A model generated the notes under the pieces. It did not search any database. It saw only the letters and a list, made by a program, of their open reading frames with translations, and had not been told where the DNA came from. DNA of 64,000 nucleotides, taken from NCBI GenBank assembly GCA_053919585.1, contig CM132801.1. The stretch is one strand, 5' to 3'. A program made the position numbers and the translations under genes. Shown piece by piece: positions 42,431 to 56,712 of this stretch. Positions within the stretch are counted from its first letter, which is position 1. Each line of letters opens with the position of its first letter. This stretch comes from Euprymna scolopes. Its lineage: Eukaryota.

Positions 42431-43000
42431 CTGAGCAAAACTGATCAAGTATGTTCTCTTCCAAAGTTTTGAGTGCTTGGAAGTCATCAACTACAAACAT
42501 GTTGTCAGAGATGGGTCGAGAAACAATCTGGCTCAGTTCTGTGGTCTCAGCCAAGCCAATACCAACTGCATATATATGAATGTTGTCAGCTCTTGTCCTT
42601 TCAGCCTCCGGAATTGTTTCAAATGCGTTGACATTTGATACACCATCAGTGAGAAGAATTGCAATGTTGGGAACTGAAGGTCTATCTCCATTCTGCTGTG
42701 TAAACATTTGAGTGCGCGTAATATGAAGTCCACCATAAGTGTTTGTACTGCCATAGACATATGGAATGTTCCTGACTGCATTTATTATATCTTGTTTTGT
42801 GTGATATTCATTCAAGTGGAATTGGATTTGAACGTCCGTGCTATAAAGAACAGCACCAATACGCACGTTGCCACTGTTGATATCAGCAACAGATACAAAA
42901 TGAGCAATAAAATCTAGCATTTTCTGAAAATTTGGTGCAGTGACACTAGTTGAAGAATCCAAAATGAAGACGATGTCAGACTCAGCATGGCCACATCCAC
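42431..43000 (-). CDS. VWA exon, type B
   Basis: 570 nt, TAG|...|GTAGCT, intact MIDAS. Confidence 0.93.
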
Positions 43001-44209
43001 CTACAGAATACGGACAGAATCTTTCACTTAAGATAAAGATTCGATTCAAAACACAAATATAGGTTAAGAAACAACGGATCACTAAAGAAACGATGACACT
43101 GTATTATCCAGACCAAATCATTTACTACAGAATTACATGACGAGTGACAACACGTGTAAAAGAATTGGCAGAATATATGTTACAAAGCAGTCGATTATTA
43201 TTACATACACGAATAAGTATATTTTGCATGATATATACAATGAAACAATCATCTATTTTGTAATCTCTACTTTTTAAATAACGAACACGTTTACTTATTG
43301 TTATATTTTTAATAGTCATTTTTCCTAGTATATTCTATAAAAATTTCAAAACATATATTACGAAATTTTGTTTAGAGCAAAGATTTAACGGTCGATTTTA
43401 AAGCCTTTTCCATAATGTGGAGGAAATAACAGGCAACAACAATGAAGCGAATATCGCACAAGTATTAATACAGTGAAAACAGAAGTACCATAGTTACATG
43501 AACAACATGTTATTAGAACTCTTAGACGATATTCAAACTGAGACAAAATATACACGTGATATAATACGAAACACATGATGATGAAAAACAATACAAATGA
43601 CTATTAAATAAATGATTACACAAATATTAGTTTAATCTGGAGTAAATTATTTACTAAGGACTTACATCAGAATTCATAACACATTAAAGAGATCTGATGA
43701 AATATAAGAAACAAAGCAGTTAGTCACTGTAACATACAAAAGAAAAAAGTACAAGATTATAAAATTCACTATAATTATAAATGTTCATAATTTATTGAAT
43801 TATAATTTTGATATTTTCAGTATCACAAATTCATTTTCATCATGATTTTGTATATTCATTGTTTTTAAGAGTAAGTAAAATAATCTATCTATCAAACTTA
43901 AGAATACAAATTAAGGACTATAAAATTATATTAACCTTAGAAATATAATATGCCAAGAAAAAACGATAAATAAACACAGAATAAGATAGAACAAACAAAG
44001 TATACTTTTTAAACAAAGGAATTGCAGAAACGCACAAAAAGAATACAAAATATCAAGCGATAACAAAACGGATAACAAATTTGATGAAACGCCAACTATT
44101 ACAAATAATTATGAACGTGACAAATTTTCATAAATATGATATCATTTCATAGTATAAATACAGAGAATACCCATATTATTTAAATTTAGACATTGAATTG
44201 ATGTCTTAC

Positions 44210-44245
44210 CCTTAGGCGGTATGGGAACAGGAATAGTTCTGGGAG
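44210..44245 (-). CDS. 36-nt linker exon APRTIPVPIPPK(G)
   Basis: CCAG|...|GTAAGA; phase 1-1. Confidence 0.88.
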
Positions 44246-45645
44246 CTGGAGAAGAAATGGGATATTAAAAGTATAAAATATTGATGCGATCTATAATACT
44301 ATTTCTAATAAGTTGAATCTATATTTACAAAATATTTTATTATACATACAGGATACATGTAATATATCATTGATTTTTATATTCGCAATTCAGTATAAAT
44401 AGTTTAACCAGATTTTCAGAAAGCGTCATAATATAAAATATGAAAACAATTGATTCACTTCGATGACAATGTAAATATATAATATCCATTAGTTACTGTT
44501 TTGTTAGTTATAAACAAAATATATTTAATATAAATCTGATCTATGAAAGAATTCTTTATTTTAATTATGCAAATTTTCAACTCAATATCAACTTAGACAT
44601 TGCTATATTTTAATAGATTACTAAACTAACAATCAAAGTCCTGACTGTTCCTGATAAATTTGTTTAAGTCAAGATTAGTCATATTCGAAAAGACAGGAAA
44701 ATATCTAACTAAAAATAAATTTAACAGTGACTTATATATTAAAGTATCTTATGTCACGTTTACTCCAGTTAAAATATATCGTAGTTTGGAATGGTTACTT
44801 ATTTATAATCTTTTGATTGAAATAATTAAAGTATCAATTGTCTCATATATATTTTTTTGAGTGCATTTAATTCAAATATTCTTTGCGTATCTTATGCGTA
44901 TGTAATTAGTTGTGTTGGATAACATATGTGTAACGATAATGCAAATTATATGAGAAGTATAATGATATATTCAAAGAAATTTAAAGAGACCTATTGTTTT
45001 CGAAATAAGTTGTTACATTAAATAAAAAAAAGTTAAATGGGAAGATTTTGTTTGAAATTAGAGTTTAATACTTGTAATATTTAAATATATATGAGGAATG
45101 TTGAAATTAATCATTGGTAAATGTTACATTAATATTTGTTTCTATGGTAGCTATAGGAGTCGTTACATGCTGATTAATATGTGCTTTTGAAAAATATAAT
45201 AAAATTATATTAATTTTATTGTTCCAACTGCAGTGGAAACTTCAATTAAATATATTGCTAAAAATATTTCTGTTGTTTTTTTTTCTCTTCATGTTTTTCT
45301 GATGCAGATTAATTGTTGTGTTTGTCTTTCAGAAAAAGGCATCCTTAAATAAGAATTATTGAGTGAATTTAGACAAAATTATCACTGATATTATTTATAA
45401 CTGGTTTACTTGAGCCTGCCAAGAATTTGCACTTATGAAAAGATGATTCTTTATAACTATTAAAATTTCATTATAAAAAATTATGTATTCGTTTAATTAG
45501 AAATCGAATATCAAAATGAATGAAAAGTTATGTAACTGCATTTAGATTTATCTAATTATATTAAATAGCTTAAAAACGTTATAAAATATTCCAATATTAA
45601 ATAAAAACTAATATAATGTTTGTATATTCGGAACTAAGTAACTAC

Positions 45646-45649
<4 letters not shown>

Positions 45650-45705
<56 letters not shown>
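45650..45705. repeat. (TG)n microsatellite
   Basis: Directly visible. Confidence 0.98.
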
Positions 45706-45711
<6 letters not shown>

Positions 45712-45982
45712 TCATAGTAGAATGAAATCTCATTAAATGTATCAGTAAGGATGCAGAGTATGTTACTAAATAAAATCAAGGTTTCAAAAAATATTAAAAG
45801 AAAACATAAGGGAAAAGGGTAGAAATTAGTTAACAAGATAGAATCCATGACAAATTGATAAATTATAAAAAATTAAAATAATAAAAAGCAGACTAAATAT
45901 TTGAAATAATCATTGACGGTGGTCAAACCAAAAAATATATGAAAGAAAACTGAAAATGATTCAAAATCACGTGCATAGCTAC

Positions 45983-46552
45983 CTGAGCAAAACTGATCAA
46001 GTATGTTCTCTTCCAAAGTTTTGAGTGCTTGGAAGTCATCAACTACAAACATGTTGTCAGAGATGGGTCGAGAAACAATCTGGCTCAGCTCTGTGATCTC
46101 AGCCAAACCAATACCAACTGCATATATATGAATGTTGTCAGCTCTTGTCCTGTCAGCCTCCGGAATTGTTTCAAATGCGTTGACATTTGATACACCATCA
46201 GTGAGAAGAATTGCAATGTTGGGAACTGAAGGTCTATCTCCATTCTGCTGTGTAAACATTTGAGTGCGCGTAATATGAAGTCCACCATAAGTGTTTGTAC
46301 TGCCATAGACATATGGAATGTTCCTGACTGCATTTATTATATCTTGTTTTGTGTGATATTCATTCAAGTGGAATTGGATTTGAACGTCCGTGCTATAAAG
46401 AACAGCACCAATACGCACGTTGCCACTGTTGATATCAGCAACAGATACAAAATGAACAATAAAATCTAGCATTTTCTGAAAATTTGGTGCAGTGACACTA
46501 GTTGAAGAATCCAAAATGAAGACGATGTCAGACTCAGCATGGCCACATCCAC
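45983..46552 (-). CDS. VWA exon, type B
   Basis: 570 nt, TAG|...|GTAGCT, intact MIDAS. Confidence 0.93.
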
Positions 46553-47136
46553 CTACAGAATACGGACAGAATCTTTCACTCAGGATAAAGATTTTATATG
46601 AAACACACATAAAGGCAAAGAAACAAATGATCATTTAATATATTATAACAAGACTGGACCAAAGTATTTATTGACGAATTACATAAGAAAGGACAAAAGA
46701 TGAAACAGAGCTGACGAAACATAATTTACAAAGCATTCCTTTTTCGTTATATACACAGGGAAGCAGATGGTAATACATTGTTTAGATTCATTTTGTTATT
46801 TTCAAATTCTAATGACTATGTGAAAAATACGGACACAACAGATGAAGAAATATCTTCTTTAATTTTTTCTTCGGCCATTTTGACTGATTTTGCAAATTGG
46901 CAAGCAAGTATATAAGGATATTTCATTTCAAAAATAGAATGAACAAATTAAATTTAAAAAAATACACGAGACAAAAACGACACCATTTAACAGAACATTT
47001 CCGAGACAATAATTTTACAATAAATGTCAAGAAAAATTACTGATATGAGCTCGTATCATAATATAATTATTACACAAAATGGAAACAATGATGGAACATG
47101 AAGATCTGATACAAAGACATAGAACAGATGTCTTAC

Positions 47137-47172
47137 CCTTAGGTGGTAAAGAAACGGTTGTAGTTCTGGGAG
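47137..47172 (-). CDS. 36-nt linker exon APRTTTVSLPPK(G)
   Basis: CCAG|...|GTAAGA; phase 1-1. Confidence 0.86.
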
Positions 47173-48056
47173 CTGGAGAAGAAATAAAACATTAAATTCC
47201 AGTAATAGAATAAAATCAACTTTACACCTCTTTCTTATAATTTGTCTCATTTCTTAACAGTATTTAAATCAACATATGATTAATTTTTTTTTATTGATGA
47301 TGACAGAAAAATATTGCTAGACTACATCATCCAAGATGCACCAGTTTGTTTTAGTTCCAGGAGGTATTTATATAGGTTTAGATGAAGAATAAACAAAACA
47401 CATTTTCTTCTACTTGGACATATATACTTTCTTTAATACAGTCAGTGTAAAATAGATATATATTATCTATATTTGTGTTAGATTGGGTTCAATTTATATT
47501 TCTATTAACTGTTTAACTGAGTTTTATGAATGCAAATAAGTGATTATTTAAAAACTAGCTCACTTAATTTAGTTATATACCTTTACAAACAGAACCAATG
47601 CAACACAATATATATAATATATAATATTCTTATTTTCATTTGTCTAACAGAAATAGAGCAACGGTTTTGTATTAAAAAATAAGGACCAATTATAATGAAC
47701 TAATTTCAGTACATTATAAATTTGATGTAAAACTATAGATAAATAATTTGGAGAATCATATTAAAACTATCAAAAAAACATAGTCTTACGTGATCAATGT
47801 TAAAACTGGTTGTGATTGCAATCTCTTTGTTAATGTGTTATGCATCATATGCACATTATGTGCAATAGATTATTAAAGATGATGTAAATCCTTTAATTAT
47901 AGGAACTTTTGAATAATTATAAAAATGTATACGTGAAAATAAATTTCTTGTTAGCATATAAAAACTTTACTTCTTTAGTTATATCAAGACGCACAACCTA
48001 ATTAAACATGATTTCTCATTTAAATCTTCTATACCAGAATTCACGATTTATCTCAC

Positions 48057-48116
48057 CTCTTGTTGTAAGCGCCAGAGTTGTTGGTCTTGGAGCTATGGTT
48101 CTCTCTCTCTTAGCTT
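48057..48116 (-). CDS. Unique 60-nt linker exon EAKRERTIAPRPTTLALTTR(G)
   Basis: TTTTCTCTTTCAACAAAG|...AGAG|GTGAGA; phase 1-1; open frame; GC-richer island. Confidence 0.7.
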
Positions 48117-48849
48117 CTTTGTTGAAAGAGAAAATTTCAATAAATTTGTTTTAGACAAAAAGTAATTGCAAAATATTTATCAACTGTATTAGTGAAAATG
48201 TTATCAGTTGAAGTAAAATAATGTTTAATTCCAAATATTTTTTCATAATATTTTTGTTAGTATATTTACTTCCAGAAGGTATTATAAAGGTTCAGTTTAT
48301 ATTTCTACTACCTATTTCACCGAGTTTTATGAATGCATATCAGTGATTATTTTAGAACTAGCACACATAAAATAATGTTTAATTGCAAATATTTTTTCAT
48401 TATATTTTTGTTAGTATATGTCATTAATGTTTAATAAAAGTACTTCACGCCATATAACATTTAATTTCATATAATTTGCATACATGTGCTTAATAGGATG
48501 AAATAGGTAAATAAACTGATAACTAATATGAGAGTAGAAATATTAAAAATATTTACGAAATTCATTAGTTGAAATTGTGTACAAGCAGTGTGTATATTTA
48601 TTGCTTATCCATTTGAAAGTGAAAGGAAATAACGAGAGAGAATTTAAGGTATACGTTACACATTTGGTTAGGGATAAACAGCTGAGATGAAATCCGACTT
48701 TTGAAGTAAGAACAAAGTTAGAAAGATATTGAGCATGAAAGAATAGATTGCGATAAAAATTAGCAGAAAATTATATTCATCAGATAAGAAAGATGTGGAT
48801 TAAAAGAGAAAAAAGAAATTAGAGAAATCGCTATGATGCATATAGCTAC

Positions 48850-49419
48850 CTGGACAAAATTGATCAAGTATGTTCTCTTCCAATGTTTTGAGTGCTTGGA
48901 AGTCATCAACTACAAACATGTTGTCAGAGATTGGTCGAGAAACAATCTGGCTCAGTTCTGTGGTCTCAGCCAAGCCAATACCAACTGCATATATATGAAT
49001 GTTGTCAGCTCTTGTCCTTTCAGCCTCGGGAATTGTTTCAAATGCGTTGACATTTGATACACCATCAGTGAGAAGAATTGCAATGTTGGGAACTGAAGGT
49101 CTATCTCCATTCTGCTGTGTAAACATTTGAGTGCGCGTAATATGAAGTCCACCATAAGTGTTTGTACTGCCATAGACATATGAAATATTCCTGACTGCAT
49201 TTATTATATCTTGTTTTGTGTGATATTCATTCAAGTGGAATTGGATTTGAACGTCTGTGCTATAAAGAACAGCACCAATACGCACGTTGCCACTGTTGAT
49301 ATCAACAACAGATACAAAATGAACAATAAAATCTAGCATTTTCTGAAAATTTGGTGCAGTGACACTAGTTGAAGAATCCAAAATGAAGACGATGTCAGAC
49401 TCAGCATGGCCACATCCAC
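48850..49419 (-). CDS. VWA exon, type B
   Basis: 570 nt, TAG|...|GTAGCT, intact MIDAS. Confidence 0.93.
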
Positions 49420-50121
49420 CTACAGAATACGGACAGAATCTTTCACTCAAGATAAAGATTTTATATAAAACACACATAATGGTGACGAAACGAATGATCA
49501 TTAAAAGAATCATGAAAAAATATCTTCATTCATTGACTAATGAGTTTAAGGACAAATGACAACACACATAAGAAAACTGACAAAACAAAAGTAACAAAAC
49601 AGTCAGTTATTGTTACATACATAGAACCATAATTCAAATAAGATAAAAAAATGGATAATGAAAGTTTCAAACTATTCCACTAATTAAAGTATGACAATTT
49701 TATTTTTACAGTAGCATATATGTGTATTTAAAATAAATTCGTACACTCATTTATTTTTAACAGTGACTAAATGGGATGCGAGAATATTAAAGGTACAGTG
49801 GGAATATAACAAAGTCAACATTAGATGGACACAAAATAAGACAGGACAAATAAAGAATAACATTATGTAAAAAACAAAGGATTGCATCATGTATAAAAAT
49901 GAATTAACAACAACAACAACAACAACAGAATAAAGACGCTATGACATGTCAAAATATAAGAAAAGACGGAAATTCAAATAACTTCGATTGAACACCAACC
50001 ATTAGAAATGATTCTGAACATGACAACTTGTTAAGGACAAGATTCATGAAATTTTATTTCATGATATAGAAACGGACAATCTACACGAAGTTTTTATTTA
50101 GACACAGAACAGATCTCTTAC

Positions 50122-50157
50122 CCTTAGTTGGTATAGGAACAGGAGTAGTTCTGGGAG
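50122..50157 (-). CDS. 36-nt linker exon APRTTPVPIPTK(G)
   Basis: CCAG|...|GTAAGA; phase 1-1. Confidence 0.88.
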
Positions 50158-50967
50158 CTGGAGAAAAATAGAACAGTACATTCATAAAATATCGATTAGA
50201 TCTATAATAATGTGTATAATTAATATTATCTATACTTACAAGAATGTTTTAAAACACTGATTAGAATTTCTTTGTTATTTATTTGAATATTGTCAGCGCA
50301 TAATAAATGGTTCAATCAGACTTTCAGAAATTATTCTCACGAACTAGAATCTTAAAGCAGCATGAAAAACGTAAGAGATATTTAATTCCTTGTCTAAGGT
50401 CTTGTCTGGTGTACAAGATAAACATAATCTGTAGAAGTCATTTAAATTTTAATCATTTTATTTTTAATTTATTGTGAACAGAAAAAGTGTTTTGTATTAA
50501 TAGACTGATAACTTAATCATTTCGTGACTCTACCACAGACTAAGTGTTTATTTCAAAATGAGCCAGATTCCTTTAAACAAAACACATAATGATTACATTA
50601 GAAAATAAATGTCATATGAATTTATAATGAACGTCCTATTTTTTGTTTTCTAAATATGAATTACATGAAACTAGCATATCAAATAAAAAGCAACATATTT
50701 TAAATCTTAAGGCATATAAATAAAGATTAATTATTTCTTAACTAAAAGTATTTTTAACGGGGTTTCCTTGGCAGAATATAATTTAATTATTTATTACTTA
50801 TCTATTTCTCCTGTGATTATTTCAGCAGATGAGAAAAAAATTTAATATGATAAAACCATGTGAATAATTAAAGTAAAAAACAGAAAAGAAAGTGAAATAA
50901 ATTAGGTGAGAATGATGTAATCCAGAAGCAAATAAGAGTAAAAGTGTTATAACATTTGTATAGCTAC

Positions 50968-51537
50968 CTGAACAAAACTGATCAAGTATGTTCTCTTCCA
51001 AAGTTTTGAGTGCTTGGAAGTCATCAACTACAAACATGTTGTCAGAGATTGGTCGAGAAACAATCTGGCTCAGTTCTGTTGTCTCAGCCAAGCCAATACC
51101 AACTGCATATATATGAATTTTGTCAGCTCTTGTCCTTTCAGCCTCGGGAATTGTTTCAAAAGCGTTGACATTTGATACACCATCAGTGAGAAGAATTGCA
51201 ATGTTGGGAACTGAAGGTCTATCTCCATTCTGCTGTGTAAACATTTGAGTGCGCGTAATATGAAGTCCACCATAAGTGTTTGTACTGCCATAGACATATG
51301 GAATGTTCCTGACTGCATTTATTATATCTTGTTTTGTGTGATATTCATTCAAGTGGAATTGGATTTGAACGTCTGTGCTATAAAGAACAGCACCGATACG
51401 CACGTTGCCACTGTTGATATCAGCAACAGATACAAAATGAACAATAAAATCTAGCATTTTCTGAAAATTTGGTGCAGTGACACTAGTTGAAGAATCCAAA
51501 ATGAAGACGATGTCAGACTCAGCATGGCCACATCCAC
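50968..51537 (-). CDS. VWA exon, type B
   Basis: 570 nt, TAG|...|GTAGCT, intact MIDAS. Confidence 0.93.
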
Positions 51538-52225
51538 CTACAGAATACGGACAGAATCTTTCACTCAAGATAAAGATTTTATATAAAACACACAAAATGA
51601 TGACGAACGAATGATCATTAAAAGAATCATGAAAAAATATCTTCATTCATTGACTAATGCGTTGCAGGACAAATGACAACACACAGAAGAAAACTGACAA
51701 AACAAAAGTAACAAAACAGTCAGTTATTGTTACATACATAGAACCACAATGCAAATAAGGTAAAAAAAATGGATAATGAAAGTTTCAAAATATTCCACTA
51801 ATTAAAGTATGATTCTTTTATTTTTATATCAGAATAAATGTGTATTTAAAATGAATTCGTACACTCATTTATTTTAACAGTGAATAAACAGCATATGAGA
51901 ACATTAATCTGACAGTGAGAATATCACAAGATCAACATTAGATGAACACAAAATAAGACAGGACAAATAATGAATAACATTATGTAAATAAAGAATTGCA
52001 TCATGTATAAAAAATGAATAAACAACAACAAAATAAAGACGCTACGACATGTCAAAGTATTAGAAAAGACAGAAATAACGAATGACTTCGATTGAACACC
52101 AACTATTACAAATAATTCTGGACGTGACGACTTGTTAAGGACAAGATTCATGAAATTATTATTTCATGATATATAAATGAAGAATCTACACATAGTTTTA
52201 TTTAGACATAGAACATATCTCTTAC

Positions 52226-52261
52226 CCTTAGGTGGTATAGGAACAGGAGTAGTTCTGGGAG
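52226..52261 (-). CDS. 36-nt linker exon APRTTPVPIPPK(G)
   Basis: CCAG|...|GTAAGA; phase 1-1. Confidence 0.88.
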
Positions 52262-52574
52262 CTGGAGAAAAATAGAACAGTACATTCATAAAATATCGTT
52301 TAGATCTATGATACTATCAAAAATAAATATAATCTATATTGGCAGAAATGTTTTTAAAGCGCATAATACGATTTCCTTTTTATCCTTAGTTCATAGTAAA
52401 TGATTGAATCAGACTTTCAGAAAGTAATCTTACAAACCTTATTTAAGACAATGCAACATAAATAAGATAACATGCATTTTATTCCTTGTATTCATTAAAG
52501 ATCTTGTCAGATGTAGAATATGAACATAATCTGTACACGACATTTACATTTTAACAAGTCTATTTAAACCAGAC

Positions 52575-53490
52575 TTAACTAACTGGCCACTCGGCTTTGC
52601 TCGGAATCAAACGTCAACTGCTATTATTTACCAAGCGTCACCGATTATCAAAATGTAAACACGCTACTCAAGGAAAATACCGCAGAAAACATTAAAAATA
52701 TTATAAAATCACTCCAAAAATGTATATATAACGATAATATAAAGGAAACAATGACCTACTGTAACAATTTTTGTTTTATTCTCTTAACAAATTCTTGTAA
52801 ATGAAAAAAATAAACAAGTTTTTTTTTTTACGACTAATGATTTTTTGTCAAACAACATTGAATCACCTAATTAGAAAACCAAATTTATTTTGTGGTTTTC
52901 ATATTTTTCAACAAAGGTTTAAAAACAAGAACTTTTTTCCATGTGTTTTTCATGTAATTTTTTTTCTCCATTTTTCTTTATTTTTGTAATGTATGTAAAG
53001 TAAACTTGTTTTTGTTATTTTTTCTCTGCATATTTTTCCCTATCTGGTGGGGTTGAGCAACCGATTTTTTCAAACTAAATTTAATTAAGCCAGTCGAAAT
53101 ACTCCTTTAAGATTAGGTTGACTTTTCTACAGTCGCATCAGAGGATGTCAAAGTGGAGTGAGAAGAGACAGCAGATGTGAAAGAATCTTTGCCCAACCAA
53201 TTGGATAGCTTTCCGATATATGGTTTAAGATGGACACAAAAGGATCATTGCCAAATTTCTGTTTTAATATAAACTCTAAAAGTTAATTGTAGAAGAAACT
53301 CTCGGCTGGTACTATTGATAGTTTTGTCAATACTTTCCCCAATAATCGTCTGCTGCTTTGCTATACATGGATCGGCATCTTACATCAGATTACAGCCAAC
53401 CCCGAGCGCACGACATCATGTTCTGAGCAAAGCCGAGTGGGCGGTTATTCACGTCTTGTTCAAATTCTGCACAAGTACCAATTCTTTATA
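52575..53490 (+). mobile_element. Non-autonomous element with subterminal inverted repeats and a 3' hairpin (Helentron/HINE-like)
   Basis: CCACTCGGCTTTGCTCGGAA (52587-52606) is inverted at 53421-53440 with 19/20 match, followed by the hairpin CTTGTTCA...TGCACAAG. Absent from the paralogous introns at 50.4, 58.3 and 60.5 kb. Confidence 0.65.
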
Positions 53491-53839
53491 CATATACGTA
53501 CAAATTTATTATGTATTATTTTAAAACTATTTAATACTGTTTTTCTTTAACTGTCTATCATTTATTTTTTTTACTAATCTTAGTAATCTAAGATTATGTC
53601 AGGTGTTTGAAAATGGTGAAAATGATAAACTTTATGTAAATAATAAAAGTTAAAATAAGAAAAACAAAAAAAAATTAAGTTTGTTAGAATGGTGTTATCC
53701 ATGAGTAAATAAGAGTAAAAGAAAGAGAAAAAATAATATAAAATATAGATTAGAGAGCCAGATAGGAAACTGTGTAAGTAGGAGATGGAAAATATAAACA
53801 GGAGATATGTTAAAAAAGTTATAACATTTGTATAGCTAC

Positions 53840-54409
53840 CTGAACAAAACTGATCAAGTATGTTCTCTTCCAAAGTTTTGAGTGCTTGGAAGTCATCAAC
53901 TACAAACATGTTGTCAGAGATTGGTCGAGAAACAATCTGGCTCAGTTCTGTTGTCTCAGCCAAGCCAATACCAACTGCATATATATGAATGTTGTCAGCT
54001 CTTGTCCTGTCAGCCTCGGGAATTGTTTCAAAAGCGTTGACATTTGATACACCATCAGTGAGAAGAATTGCAATGTTGGGAACTGAAGGTCTATCTCCAT
54101 TCTGCTGTGTAAACATTTGAGTGCGCGTAATATGAAGTCCACCATAAGTGTTTGTACTGCCATAGACATATGAAATATTCCTGACTGCATTTATTATATC
54201 TTGTTTTGTGTGATATTCATTCAAGTGGAATTGGATTTGAACGTCCGTGCTATAAAGAACAGCACCAATACGCACGTTGCCACTGTTGATATCAGCAACA
54301 GATACAAAATGAACAATAAAATCTAGCATTTTCTGAAAATTTGGTGCAGTGACACTAGTTGAAGAATCCAAAATGAAGACGATGTCAGACTCAGCATGGC
54401 CACATCCAC
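53840..54409 (-). CDS. VWA exon, type B
   Basis: 570 nt, TAG|...|GTAGCT, intact MIDAS. Confidence 0.93.
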
Positions 54410-55098
54410 CTACAGAATACGGACATAATCTTTCACTCAGGATAAAGATTTTATATGAAACACACATAATGGTGACGAAACGAATGATCATTAAAAGAAT
54501 CATGAAAAAATATCTTCATTCATTGACTAATGCGTTTCAGGACAAATGACAACACACAGAAGAAAACTGACAAAACAAAAGTAACAAAACAGTCAGTTAT
54601 TGTTACATACATAGAACCACAATGCAAATAAGGTAAAAAAAATGGATAATGAAAGTTTCAAAATATTCCACTAATTAAAGTATGATTCTTTTATTTTTAT
54701 ATCAGAATAAATGTGTATTTAAAATGAATTCGTACACTCATTTATTTTAACAGTGAATAAACAGCATATGAGAACATTAATCTGACAGTGAGAATATCAC
54801 AAGATCAACATTAGATGAACACAAAATAAGACAGGACAAATAATGAATAACATTATGTAAATAAAGAATTGCATCATGTATAAAAAATGAATAAACAACA
54901 ACAAAATAAAGACGCTACGACATGTCAAAGTATTAGAAAAGACAGAAATAACGAATGACTTCGATTGAACACCAACTATTACAAATAATTCTGGACGTGA
55001 CGACTTGTTAAGGACAAGATTCATGAAATTATTATTTCATGATATATAAATGAAGAATCTACACATAGTTTTATTTAGACATAGAACATATCTCTTAC

Positions 55099-55134
55099 CC
55101 TTAGGTGGTATAGGAACAGGAGTAGTTCTGGGAG
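55099..55134 (-). CDS. 36-nt linker exon APRTTPVPIPPK(G)
   Basis: Identical to 52226-52261. Confidence 0.88.
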
Positions 55135-55447
55135 CTGGAGAAAAATAGAACAGTACATTCATAAAATATCGTTTAGATCTATGATACTATCAAAAATAAA
55201 TATAATCTATATTGGCAGAAATGTTTTTAAAGCGCATAATACGATTTCCTTTTTATCCTTAGTTCATAGTAAATGATTGAATCAGACTTTCAGAAAGTAA
55301 TCTTACAAACCTTATTTAAGACAATGCAACATAAATAAGATAACATGCATTTTATTCCTTGTATTCATTAAAGATCTTGTCAGATGTAGAATATGAACAT
55401 AATCTGTACACGACATTTACATTTTAACAAGTCTATTTAAACCAGAC

Positions 55448-56363
55448 TTAACTAACTGGCCACTCGGCTTTGCTCGGAATCAAACGTCAACTGCTATTAT
55501 TTACCAAGCGTCACCGATTATCAAAATGTAAACACGCTACTCAAGGAAAATACCGCAGAAAACATTAAAAATATTATAAAATCACTCCAAAAATGTATAT
55601 ATAACGATAATATAAAGGAAACAATGACCTACTGTAACAATTTTTGTTTTATTCTCTTAACAAATTCTTGTAAATGAAAAAAATAAACAAGTTTTTTTTT
55701 TTACGACTAATGATTTTTTGTCAAACAACATTGAATCACCTAATTAGAAAACCAAATTTATTTTGTGGTTTTCATATTTTTCAACAAAGGTTTAAAAACA
55801 AGAACTTTTTTCCATGTGTTTTTCATGTAATTTTTTTTCTCCATTTTTCTTTATTTTTGTAATGTATGTAAAGTAAACTTGTTTTTGTTATTTTTTCTCT
55901 GCATATTTTTCCCTATCTGGTGGGGTTGAGCAACCGATTTTTTCAAACTAAATTTAATTAAGCCAGTCGAAATACTCCTTTAAGATTAGGTTGACTTTTC
56001 TACAGTCGCATCAGAGGATGTCAAAGTGGAGTGAGAAGAGACAGCAGATGTGAAAGAATCTTTGCCCAACCAATTGGATAGCTTTCCGATATATGGTTTA
56101 AGATGGACACAAAAGGATCATTGCCAAATTTCTGTTTTAATATAAACTCTAAAAGTTAATTGTAGAAGAAACTCTCGGCTGGTACTATTGATAGTTTTGT
56201 CAATACTTTCCCCAATAATCGTCTGCTGCTTTGCTATACATGGATCGGCATCTTACATCAGATTACAGCCAACCCCGAGCGCACGACATCATGTTCTGAG
56301 CAAAGCCGAGTGGGCGGTTATTCACGTCTTGTTCAAATTCTGCACAAGTACCAATTCTTTATA
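55448..56363 (+). mobile_element. Duplicated copy of the Helentron/HINE-like element
   Basis: Matches 52575-53490 at +2873 bp; inverted repeats at 55460-55479 and 56294-56313. Confidence 0.65.
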
Positions 56364-56712
56364 CATATACGTACAAATTTATTATGTATTATTTTAAAAC
56401 TATTTAATACTGTTTTTCTTTAACTGTCTATCATTTATTTTTTTTACTAATCTTAGTAATCTAAGATTATGTCAGGTGTTTGAAAATGGTGAAAATGATA
56501 AACTTTATGTAAATAATAAAAGTTAAAATAAGAAAAACAAAAAAAAATTAAGTTTGTTAGAATGGTGTTATCCATGAGTAAATAAGAGTAAAAGAAAGAG
56601 AAAAAATAATATAAAATATAGATTAGAGAGCCAGATAGGAAACTGTGTAAGTAGGAGATGGAAAATATAAACAGGAGATATGTTAAAAAAGTTATAACAT
56701 TTGTATAGCTAC

